DNA from: an uncultured Alphaproteobacteria bacterium
GTDB lineage: Bacteria; Pseudomonadota; Alphaproteobacteria; HIMB59; GCA-002718135
DNA length: 64,000 nucleotides
NCBI GenBank assembly: GCA_902623255.1
Contig: CACNSY010000001.1
Location: 17,463-81,462, forward strand
Direction: 5' to 3'
The notes under the pieces are model-generated. The model ran no database searches and was not told the origin of the DNA. It saw nothing but the letters and a program-made list of their open reading frames with translations. The position numbers were made by a program, and so were the translations under genes. Shown piece after piece: positions 56,384 through 64,000 of this stretch. Numbering within the stretch: position 1 is the first letter of the stretch; the number at the start of each line of letters is the position of its first letter.

Positions 56384-58507
56384 TTAACCTTTTAATCTCT
56401 CTAAAGAGGATACTTCTTTTTCCATTCTTAATGCTGCAATTATATTTTGTAAATGATTAGCGTCTCTAACCTCAATGTCTATTATTATTTCAAAAAAATC
56501 AGGCTTCCTTACTGAAAAAAGAATATTTGAAATATTACCATTATTTTTTGCAATAACTGTTGTGACTTTTCCAAGACTTCCTGGTTTATTAAACAATACG
56601 ACAACAATTCTTGCATTTGATACTGTTTCTAAATTACTTTGATTATCCCAAGAGATATTTAGCCACCTATCTGGAGTATCTTGATATGATACAAGTGTAT
56701 CACAATCAAGTGTGTGAACAGCAACACCAATTCCAGCAGTTACTATACCAACAATACTATCTCCTTTTAAAGGAGAACAACAACCAGCCAGATGGTACGA
56801 CATTCCAGCAGTTAATCCTTTTAATTTTATAGGATTTTGAGTATTTTCATTAAACTTAGAAACTGGAATATAATTATATTCAGGATAAATTTTTTTAATT
56901 ACTGAAAGTGCTGTAATTTCGCCTGATCCTATTGATGCATATACATCGTCTATTGATTTGTAATTAAGATCATTAAGTATTTTTTGTTCAATATTTTTAT
57001 TAAATTCATAATTCTCTTTTTGAAAAAAATTAAGTAATATTTCTCTACCAAATATTATATGCTCTTCTTTCTTTTTAAATTTAAAAAATCTTCTTAGTTG
57101 TGATTTTACCTTTGTTGTAACTGTAAATCTCTGCCAAAGAGGAGAAGGTTGTGAAGACTCTGAAGTAATTATTTCTATTTGATCACCATTATTTAAGATT
57201 GTTTTTAATGGCTGTAACTTATCATTTATTTTAGCTGCTACACATTTATCACCTATCTGACTATGTATTGCGTATGCAAAATCTACAGGAGTTGCATTTT
57301 TAGGTAATTCTATAAGATCTCCTTTTGGAGTAAAAACAAAAATATCATTCTGAAATACTTTCAATTTTGAGTTTTGAATCAATTCATCTTGAGTAACTGA
57401 TGAATTCATTGAATCTATCAAGTCATATACCCACTTATATTCTCTTGCGTCTTTTTCATTTATTTTTTTTGGATCTTTATATTTCCAATGAGAAGCTACA
57501 CCAAAATCAGCAATTTGATCCATTATGTTTGAACGAAATTGAATTTCAATTTTTTTATTTTTTGGCCCCATAACTGAAGTATGCAGTGCTCTATATCCAT
57601 TTGATTTTGGAGCAGAAATAAAATCTTTAAATCTTCCTTGAATATATGGGTATTGTCTATGAATAATACCCAAACACCTATAACATTCTCTAGTTGAATT
57701 AGTAATAACTCTGAAAGCCATAATATCTGAAAGTTGCTCGAAAGAGATATTTTTATTTTTAATTTTATTCCATATTGAATATGGAGATTTAATTCTACCT
57801 TCTACTTTACAAAATAAATCTTCCTGAAAAAAAATATTTTTTAATTCATATCTAATTTCATCAATAATATTATCATCTTTTGATTTCAAATATTCTAATC
57901 TTTCTATAATTGTTTTTTTTGCATCAGGATTAATTACTGTAAATGAAATATCTTCTAATTCATCCTGCCATTCTTTCATGCCTAGTCTTTGAGCTAAAGG
58001 AGCAAACACCTCTATTGTTTCTAAAGCTATTTTAGTTTTTTTATTCTCGTCTTTAATAAATTGAATAGTTCTCATATTATGCAATCTATCAGCTAATTTA
58101 ACTAAAATTACCCTTAAATCCTTTGTTGTAGCTAAAATTAATTTTTTATAATTCTCTCCAAATTTTTGATTATTTACTTTTAAAGAAAATTTATTTATTT
58201 TCGTTAATCCATCTACAAGCTCGACTATTTGACTTCCAAAGTTTTTATCAATTTCTTCTATATTTAAATTCGTATCTTCCAAGGTATCATGAAGTAAACC
58301 TGCAACTATAGAATCAGCATCTAATTTTATAGAAGTCAAAATTTTTGCAACTTCCAATGGATGGGTAATAAAAGGATCTCCTGATTTTCTTAGTTGATTG
58401 CTATGCGCTTCCTCACTTAATTTAAGTGCATGTCTTACCTTATTTTTTTCTTCAGTAGTTAGATATGAAGTAATTAGCTCTATTTCTTTCTGAATTTCTT
58501 TAACCAT
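56384..58507 (-). CDS. spoT: bifunctional (p)ppGpp synthetase/hydrolase (RelA/SpoT homologue)
   Basis: 707 aa with HD domain (HPLEVA...LHDTLEDT), synthetase domain (YRALHTSV), TGS and ACT domains. Confidence 0.93.
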   Translation of the reverse strand: MVKEIQKEIELITSYLTTEEKNKVRHALKLSEEAHSNQLRKSGDPFITHPLEVAKILTSIKLDADSIVAGLLHDTLEDTNLNIEEIDKNFGSQIVELVDGLTKINKFSLKVNNQKFGENYKKLILATTKDLRVILVKLADRLHNMRTIQFIKDENKKTKIALETIEVFAPLAQRLGMKEWQDELEDISFTVINPDAKKTIIERLEYLKSKDDNIIDEIRYELKNIFFQEDLFCKVEGRIKSPYSIWNKIKNKNISFEQLSDIMAFRVITNSTRECYRCLGIIHRQYPYIQGRFKDFISAPKSNGYRALHTSVMGPKNKKIEIQFRSNIMDQIADFGVASHWKYKDPKKINEKDAREYKWVYDLIDSMNSSVTQDELIQNSKLKVFQNDIFVFTPKGDLIELPKNATPVDFAYAIHSQIGDKCVAAKINDKLQPLKTILNNGDQIEIITSESSQPSPLWQRFTVTTKVKSQLRRFFKFKKKEEHIIFGREILLNFFQKENYEFNKNIEQKILNDLNYKSIDDVYASIGSGEITALSVIKKIYPEYNYIPVSKFNENTQNPIKLKGLTAGMSYHLAGCCSPLKGDSIVGIVTAGIGVAVHTLDCDTLVSYQDTPDRWLNISWDNQSNLETVSNARIVVVLFNKPGSLGKVTTVIAKNNGNISNILFSVRKPDFFEIIIDIEVRDANHLQNIIAALRMEKEVSSLERLKG

Positions 58508-58549
58508 AAATAATTTTTAAATTATTTACTTAATTATAATTTATTTTTA

Positions 58550-58969
58550 CTATAATTCTTGAACTTTATCTTCATCTGATAAATTTTCTAAATTATCCTG
58601 TGAAGTTTCAATAGGTGTTTCTTCTACAGACTCATTAGTTTTTTCATATTCTTGGTGTTCCTCAATAGAATCTGAATCATCTTTATCAGATTTATTTTCA
58701 TCACTACCATCCTCTATCTCATTTAAATCTTCATCTTCACCAAAGGTATTAGTTTGATATTCTTCTATTAAATCATTTTTTAATTGTTGAGTCGTAAGTG
58801 CTTCTTCTGCTATTTCTCTAAGTGCAATCACAGTATTTTTATCATTATCAATTTCTACTTTTGCATTTTCTCCTGCATATAGTTTTCTTGCTCTATTAGA
58901 TGCTACTAATACTAATTCAAATCTACTTGGGAATTTATCAATACAATCTTCAACTGTGATTCTAGCCAT
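58550..58969 (-). CDS. rpoZ: DNA-directed RNA polymerase subunit omega, with long acidic C-terminal tail
   Basis: 139 aa. Start [30 protein letters not shown], followed by a D/E/S-rich tail of about 65 aa. Confidence 0.92.
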   Translation of the reverse strand: MARITVEDCIDKFPSRFELVLVASNRARKLYAGENAKVEIDNDKNTVIALREIAEEALTTQQLKNDLIEEYQTNTFGEDEDLNEIEDGSDENKSDKDDSDSIEEHQEYEKTNESVEETPIETSQDNLENLSDEDKVQEL

Positions 58970-59006
58970 AAAGGGCTTATAGAGATCAATTTTTAAAAGT
59001 AAATAG

Positions 59007-59453
59007 TTAATTATTTTTAAGTAATCTTTGCTTTTTAATATTCCAATCCCTTTGTTTTATTGACTCTCTTTTATCGATTTTTTTCTTACCTTTTGCAATT
59101 CCAAAAGATAGTTTAGCTAAACCTTTATCCGAGAAATATAAAGATATCGGTATTATTGTAAATCCGCCTTGCTTAATAGATCCAGATATTTTATTAAATT
59201 CTCTCTTTGTAACTAATAATTTTCTTTTTCTATTTGGATCATAATTATTATCATTAGAATTTTGATATTTTTTTATAAAAGAATTAGATAGCCAAAGTTC
59301 TCCATTTTGTTCTACAATAAATGACCCCCTAATTGAGCCTGTATTGATGCGTAAAGATTTGACTTCTGATCCAGTTAATACAACGCCAGCTTCAATTTTA
59401 TTAGAAATTGTAAAATTATAATTAGCTCTATTGTTAGCAGCAATAATTTTCAT
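59007..59453 (-). CDS. smpB: SsrA-binding protein SmpB
   Basis: 148 aa. [15 protein letters not shown] and RKRKLL motifs. Confidence 0.92.
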   Translation of the reverse strand: MKIIAANNRANYNFTISNKIEAGVVLTGSEVKSLRINTGSIRGSFIVEQNGELWLSNSFIKKYQNSNDNNYDPNRKRKLLVTKREFNKISGSIKQGGFTIIPISLYFSDKGLAKLSFGIAKGKKKIDKRESIKQRDWNIKKQRLLKNN

Positions 59454-60326
59454 CTACAAAAGTTGTAGATCTTGAAGGCAATTTTTGACGAGTTTTTTTG
59501 TATCATCTTTAATTTCTGATAATGGAAGTCTTGTATTTTGATTACACAAACCAAGCAATGAAGCTGCGTATTTAACTGGTCCAGGACTAGATTCTATAAA
59601 TAAAGCATTATGTAATGAAGACAATTTAAGATTAATTTCTTGAGCTTTAGAAATATTTGCTTCTTGCCACGCGGAATGCATTTGTGAACATAATTTTGGA
59701 GCAACATTTGCAGTCACTGAAATACAACCGTGTCCACCTTGAGCTAAATATGCTAAAGCCGTCCCATCTTCACCTGATAGATAACAAAATTCATTTTGCA
59801 TTTTTTTTCTGGTAAGCAATGGTCTAAATAAATCATTAGTTGCATCTTTAACTCCAATAATATTTTTTAACTTTGATAATTCAATCATAGTTTCGATGCT
59901 CATATCAACAATTGATCTACCAGGTATGTTATATATTATTATTGGAATATTTGTTTTGTCAGCAATTGTTTTAAAATGTTCATATAATCCAGATTGAGTT
60001 GGCTTATTATAGTAGGGGGTTACAATTAGAGCAGCATCAGCTCCTGAATTTTCAGCATGATTAGTATATTCTAAGGCCTCTAAAGTATTGTTTGAACCAG
60101 TGCCAGCTATTACAGGAATTCTTTTATCAGCAATTCGTATAGTTTCTTCAATTATTTTTTTATGCTCCTCGTGTGACAAGGTTGGAGACTCGCCAGTAGT
60201 TCCACATGGAACAAGTCCATGAGATCCATTATCTATTAAATATTTTATAACCTTTGATAAAGAATTGTAATCAACTTTATCTTCAACAAATGGTGTAATT
60301 ACTGCTGGTATACTTCCTTTAAACAT
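59454..60326 (-). CDS. dapA: 4-hydroxy-tetrahydrodipicolinate synthase
   Basis: 290 aa. Start MFKGSIPAVITPF, GTTGESPTL, and IIYNIPGRS. Confidence 0.95.
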   Translation of the reverse strand: MFKGSIPAVITPFVEDKVDYNSLSKVIKYLIDNGSHGLVPCGTTGESPTLSHEEHKKIIEETIRIADKRIPVIAGTGSNNTLEALEYTNHAENSGADAALIVTPYYNKPTQSGLYEHFKTIADKTNIPIIIYNIPGRSIVDMSIETMIELSKLKNIIGVKDATNDLFRPLLTRKKMQNEFCYLSGEDGTALAYLAQGGHGCISVTANVAPKLCSQMHSAWQEANISKAQEINLKLSSLHNALFIESSPGPVKYAASLLGLCNQNTRLPLSEIKDDTKKLVKNCLQDLQLL

Positions 60327-60332
60327 TTTAAG

Positions 60333-60424
60333 TGGCGGAGAGAGAGGGATTCGAACCCTCGGAAGGAATTACTTCCTTCGCAGGTTTAGCAAACCTGTGG
60401 TTTAAGCCACTCACCCATCTCTCC
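60333..60424 (-). tRNA. tRNA-Ser (anticodon GCU)
   Basis: The reverse complement GGAGAGATGGGTGAGTGGCTTAAACCACAGGTTTGCTAAACCTGCGAAGGAAGTAATTCCTTCCGAGGGTTCGAATCCCTCTCTCTCCGCCA is a 92-nt class II tRNA with a long variable arm, anticodon loop TTGCTAA and an encoded CCA. Confidence 0.93.
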
Positions 60425-60592
60425 TGTAATTGTTTCATATTGCTTAATTCATGTAATAACGAAAATAGACAGGAATCTCAACATTATTTAATTAATATTT
60501 AAAATATTGTTAGCAATGAAGGAATTATCAAAAAAGCATTTCTTAGTTTGAGTTATAAATTCATTGTGCCCATAGCGTGCCTAAAAATTTTA

Positions 60593-61750
60593 TTAAATTA
60601 AGTTAATTCTTTCAAAAAACCAATATAAACCAATACTAGATATCAATATAGAAGATGGAACTTGAAAAAACATTCTGTAATTTTTATTTTTAGCAAAGTT
60701 TAATGCAATCAATAGATATAGAACCAATACTATAGATATTTGTGCTACTTCAATACCAATATTAAAAGATACAAGATTTATAAATAAGTCTGTACTCCTA
60801 TAACCTATATCACTCAAAACTAATGCAAATCCTAAACCATGAAGTAATCCAAAAAACAAAATTACAATATATCTTAAATATCCTTTTATATATTTTTTAA
60901 AAATATTTTCTAATCCGATATAAACTATAGAAAGTGCAATGATAGGTTCAACAATTTGAGGATTAATTCTCATTAAAGATAAAGAAACAAATATAAGGGT
61001 AATTGAATGAGCAATAGTAAAGATAGTTATTTGAGAAATTAATTTTTTTAAAGATGATGAAAATAAAAAAAGTCCAAATATGAATAAAATATGATCTAAT
61101 CCTTTTGGAATTATATGTTGAATTCCTAAAACAAAAAATTTTGCAAAGCTATTAAATGTTTTACTAAAATTATTTTCCTTAAATGAAAATTGACTTGATT
61201 CAATTCCTGATTGCAAATATTCTGTAACTAATTCATCTTCTAATTTGTTATTATTATTCTCTCTTAAAATAATTGGACCGTAGTTTTTAACCCACCTAAA
61301 TGTAAATTGTTCAGAATTTTCATCTAATAAAACTCTAAAATAAACATGTGTATCTCTACTTATTTCAAAATTTTTTATATCTTCAACTTCAATTTTAATT
61401 AAATTTATTTTCTTTGTTTCATTATTAATTTTAATATCAATATTAGAACTTATTTCACTCCAAGAATTTTGAAAAATTTCTTCAAGGTCTTTTTTGCTTA
61501 AAATTCTAAATTTATCATAAATTTTACTTAGTGATGAAGAGTCTGTATTAGAAACAGTAGATGCATCAATATTAGATAATATCAATTCAGCGTTTAATCT
61601 TATTTTAAAGTTCAAATATTTTTCATCATAAGTAAAATCTGCAATAGATGGCTTGATTTCATGACTAATAGAAGATGTTGAAAATAAATTTAAAAAACAT
61701 ACTAGAATTAAAAATAGATATAACTTTATATTTTTTATATAATAGAACAT
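60593..61750 (-). CDS. HupE/UreJ-like (HupE_UreJ_2-type) membrane protein with an N-terminal periplasmic domain of about 200 aa; putative metal transporter
   Basis: 385 aa with a signal peptide (…NLFSTSSIS/HEIKP). The C-terminal ~6-TM region carries HupE-like motifs: GIQHIIPKGLDHILF, FTIAHSITL, LLHGLGFA. Confidence 0.65.
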   Translation of the reverse strand: MFYYIKNIKLYLFLILVCFLNLFSTSSISHEIKPSIADFTYDEKYLNFKIRLNAELILSNIDASTVSNTDSSSLSKIYDKFRILSKKDLEEIFQNSWSEISSNIDIKINNETKKINLIKIEVEDIKNFEISRDTHVYFRVLLDENSEQFTFRWVKNYGPIILRENNNNKLEDELVTEYLQSGIESSQFSFKENNFSKTFNSFAKFFVLGIQHIIPKGLDHILFIFGLFLFSSSLKKLISQITIFTIAHSITLIFVSLSLMRINPQIVEPIIALSIVYIGLENIFKKYIKGYLRYIVILFFGLLHGLGFALVLSDIGYRSTDLFINLVSFNIGIEVAQISIVLVLYLLIALNFAKNKNYRMFFQVPSSILISSIGLYWFFERINLI

Positions 61751-61751
61751 T

Positions 61752-62561
61752 ATGAAATTTACTTTAAAAAGATTAATATTTGTTATTATCTTAACTTCAA
61801 TAACAAAAATCTCTTTATGTCATGAATTTTGGATTGATCCAAAAAATTATCACTTATCAAATAATGAAAAAGCTGTGGCGAATATCTTTATAGGAGAAAA
61901 TTTTGAAGGATCACCAATACCATTTACAAAAGAATATTTTAAAATTGCATTCCTGCATGCTGAAGATAATAAATTAAAAATTAAAGGTAGATTAGGTGAT
62001 ATTCCCGCTCTTAATATTAAAAAAGCATTCAAAGGATTAAATGTAATACAAGTTGAATCAGTTACTAAATATGTTGAGTATGAAAAATTAGTAAAATTTG
62101 AAATTTTCACAAGAGAGAAAGGATATCCAAATTTAGCTCAAAAACATAAAGAAAATAACTACCCAGAAAATTTTTTTGAAAGTTATAAAAGATATGCAAA
62201 GTCATTAATTAGTGTGGAAAATTTTGATGGTAAAGATATCGATACAAATATGGACTTTGAATTAATTTTTTTAGATAATCCTCTTAAAAATTTAAATGAA
62301 AGTAAAAGAATTCTATTAGAATATAAAAATAAAATACTAGCTGATCATAAGGTTTCTATTATGAGTTTAAATAATGGTTATTTTAGAAAAGAATATGTTA
62401 GAACAAACAAGGATGGATATTTTGATTACTTATTTAAAGAAAACACAAAATATCTAATTGAAAGTGTTGTTATAATCGAAGGCAGTAATAAGAAAAAAGA
62501 TAATTATGCTAAATGGCATTCTTTGTGGACTTCTTATACATTAAAAACATCCAATAAATGA
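61752..62561 (+). CDS. DUF4198-like periplasmic protein (Ni/Co-uptake-associated family); putative metal-binding component
   Basis: 269 aa. A signal peptide is followed by HEFWIDP, which resembles the H-x-F-W mature N-terminus typical of DUF4198 proteins. Divergent from the HupE-like gene. Confidence 0.6.
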   Translation: MKFTLKRLIFVIILTSITKISLCHEFWIDPKNYHLSNNEKAVANIFIGENFEGSPIPFTKEYFKIAFLHAEDNKLKIKGRLGDIPALNIKKAFKGLNVIQVESVTKYVEYEKLVKFEIFTREKGYPNLAQKHKENNYPENFFESYKRYAKSLISVENFDGKDIDTNMDFELIFLDNPLKNLNESKRILLEYKNKILADHKVSIMSLNNGYFRKEYVRTNKDGYFDYLFKENTKYLIESVVIIEGSNKKKDNYAKWHSLWTSYTLKTSNK

Positions 62562-62625
62562 TTTAAGAGTGTTGAATTGCTATTAAAAATTTTATGAATA
62601 ATTATAATATTAAAGATAAATAAAA

Positions 62626-62970
62626 ATGACTAATACAAATATAATAAAAGATTTTTTTGAAGGAAAAATAAAACTCTGGAAATCCTATTGGTTAGTTGGT
62701 GAACTACTAAATGGTATTGTTTTGCTTGTTATATTTAATCTTGAAATTTATTTTTTTAATACAGATAGCTCTGTTTCGCAAATACCTTTTTTAGATTTTA
62801 CTAATCTTGCGCTAATCTCAAAAATTTTTATTTTTATTTGGACAATATTTATTTCTATTGGAATTTGGAGAGCAGCAGAAAATTACAAAGGAAGTATTAT
62901 TTGGATAGTTTTAACATTTATAATTGTTGCTTATAGATGCTATTCTTTACGTTTAATTTTTTTTATTTAA
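62626..62970 (+). CDS. hypothetical small membrane protein
   Basis: 114 aa with three hydrophobic segments. Motifs LWKSYWLVG and IWRAAENYKGSIIW are present, but I cannot name a family. Confidence 0.5.
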   Translation: MTNTNIIKDFFEGKIKLWKSYWLVGELLNGIVLLVIFNLEIYFFNTDSSVSQIPFLDFTNLALISKIFIFIWTIFISIGIWRAAENYKGSIIWIVLTFIIVAYRCYSLRLIFFI

Positions 62971-64000
62971 TTTTTGTTTTAAAATATCATTTAACATTTT
63001 TGGATTAGCTTTTCCTTTAGTTAATTTCATAGCTTGGCCAACAAAGAAACCTAATAACTTGTCTTTACCTGCTAGATACTGTTCGACCATTTTTGGATTT
63101 TCTGCAATGACCTCATCAATAACTTTTGCTATTTCACCCTGATCTGTAACTTGTTGCAAACCCTTTTCATCTACGATTTGTCTAGCTGTTTTTCCTGAAG
63201 AAAACATGTCTTCCAATACATCTTTTGCAATTTTGCCAGAAATTTCATTTGTAGAAATTAACTTTATAAGTTGTCCTAAGTTTTCAGGTGATACTGGAGA
63301 GTTATTTAAATCTTGATTATTTTTATTTAATAATGAAAACAATTCAGACGTAATCCAATTTACAACTATTTTTGCATGATTTTTTAATTCTGGATCTGAA
63401 TTAATTGTTTCATTAAAATAATCAGATGTTTGTTTCTCTGCAGTTAATACTGAGGCATCATAATTAGACAATTTATAAGTCTCAATAAATTTATTCTTAA
63501 GCTCATCTGGAAGCTCTGGAATTGATGATTTAATTTTCCCTATTTCTTCTTTAGAAATTTCTAGTGGTAATAAATCTGGATCAGGAAAGTATCTATAGTC
63601 ATGAGCTTCTTCTTTATTTCTCATGGGTCTAGTTTTGCCAGTAGATGTATTAAAGAGCATTGTGTTTTGTTCAATAGAACCGCCAGACTCCAATATTTCT
63701 ATTTGTCGTTTTGCTTCATAATTAATAGCCTGCTTTATAAACTTAATAGAGTTTAAGTTTTTAATTTCACATCGAGTTCCATATTCATCTCCAGGTTTTC
63801 TTACTGAAATATTTACATCTGCTCTTAAAGAACCTTCTTGCATATTTCCATCACATGTATCTAAATACATTAAAATAGATCTGATTTTGGATATATACAT
63901 TCCAGCTTCATCAGGAGTTCTAATGTCAGGCTCACTAACAATTTCCATTAAAGCAACACCAGACCTATTAAGATCTACATATGTTTTTGAAGGATTTTGA
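62953..64000 (-). CDS. gatB: Asp-tRNA(Asn)/Glu-tRNA(Gln) amidotransferase subunit B. This is the 3' part; the 5' end lies beyond the right edge.
   Basis: The track shows 62953..63948, but the frame stays open to the window edge. Codons 63999-63949 read ...QNPSKTYVDLNRSGVAL before MEIVSEPDIR, matching the GatB core. The C-terminal GatB/YqeY domain is present. Confidence 0.92.
   Translation of the reverse strand, partial: QNPSKTYVDLNRSGVALMEIVSEPDIRTPDEAGMYISKIRSILMYLDTCDGNMQEGSLRADVNISVRKPGDEYGTRCEIKNLNSIKFIKQAINYEAKRQIEILESGGSIEQNTMLFNTSTGKTRPMRNKEEAHDYRYFPDPDLLPLEISKEEIGKIKSSIPELPDELKNKFIETYKLSNYDASVLTAEKQTSDYFNETINSDPELKNHAKIVVNWITSELFSLLNKNNQDLNNSPVSPENLGQLIKLISTNEISGKIAKDVLEDMFSSGKTARQIVDEKGLQQVTDQGEIAKVIDEVIAENPKMVEQYLAGKDKLLGFFVGQAMKLTKGKANPKMLNDILKQKLNKKN

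Noticed and set aside
58508-58527. AT-only palindrome AAATAATTT-TT-AAATTATTT between rpoZ and spoT.
   Set aside because: A pure A/T stem with a loop that is too short. It is unlikely to be a stable terminator and is probably compositional.
60516-60551. 11-codon ORF (MKELSKKHFLV) in the tRNA-Ser upstream spacer.
   Set aside because: It is too short, has no Shine-Dalgarno, and lies on the strand opposite to all flanking transcription.
61771-61795. Fur/Zur-box-like AT-rich segment GATTAATATTTGTTATTATCTTAAC near the divergent metal-gene starts.
   Set aside because: Only a partial match to the Fur consensus, and a 5-of-7 palindrome. In DNA this AT-rich such matches are expected by chance. It is mentioned only as a place to look.
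1-64000. Search for CRISPR repeats, IS elements or transposases, integrases next to the four tRNAs, phage genes, toxin-antitoxin pairs or defence islands.
   Set aside because: I noticed no regularly spaced direct repeats, no transposase/integrase/recombinase-like ORF, and no duplicated tRNA 3' fragments (att-like sites). All tRNA neighbours are housekeeping genes. The window appears to be core chromosome.

Overview
The window looks like a core chromosomal segment of a genome-streamlined, very AT-rich marine alphaproteobacterium. I infer SAR11/Pelagibacterales-like from four things: a proteorhodopsin gene, alphaproteobacterial synteny (rpoZ-spoT-acpS-lepB-rnc-era-recO; rpmF-plsX-ihfA-merR; nrdR-ribD-ribE-ribBA-ribH-nusB-thiL), K/N/I-rich proteins, and almost no intergenic DNA. 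Exact GC content was not computed. I support about 70 protein genes, 4 tRNAs (Arg-UCU, Pro-UGG, Glu-UUC, Ser-GCU), one compact TPP riboswitch and three GC-rich intrinsic-terminator hairpins. Coding density is extreme: many start/stop overlaps, and the longest non-coding gaps are about 150-170 bp. I found no CRISPR array, IS element, integrase, prophage or recognisable defence system. Gene content is mostly housekeeping plus nutrient scavenging:
- a CUT1-type ABC importer and thiBP, both lacking an ATPase gene in the window
- a TRAP transporter, SulP, NhaD and an H+-pyrophosphatase
- the right-hand end of an inositol-catabolism cluster (iolC-iolB-aldolase)
- fatty-acid and ketone-body CoA enzymes

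The most unusual items, in my ranking:
1. A TRAP large permease fused in frame to a tail of about 330 aa that looks coiled-coil, next to an oversized DctQ.
2. A plant-type SABATH carboxyl methyltransferase whose stop codon overlaps that transporter's stop codon.
3. A HupE/UreJ-like membrane protein and a DUF4198 periplasmic protein arranged back to back with 1 bp between their start codons. Both are predicted to mature to an N-terminal histidine.
4. Three tRNA genes whose CCA ends lie 6, 7 and 16 nt upstream of protein start codons.
5. GC-rich hairpin/U-tract elements after the two substrate-binding-protein genes, each running directly into the next ATG.

All functional calls rest on motif and family recognition by eye. 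No database search was run.
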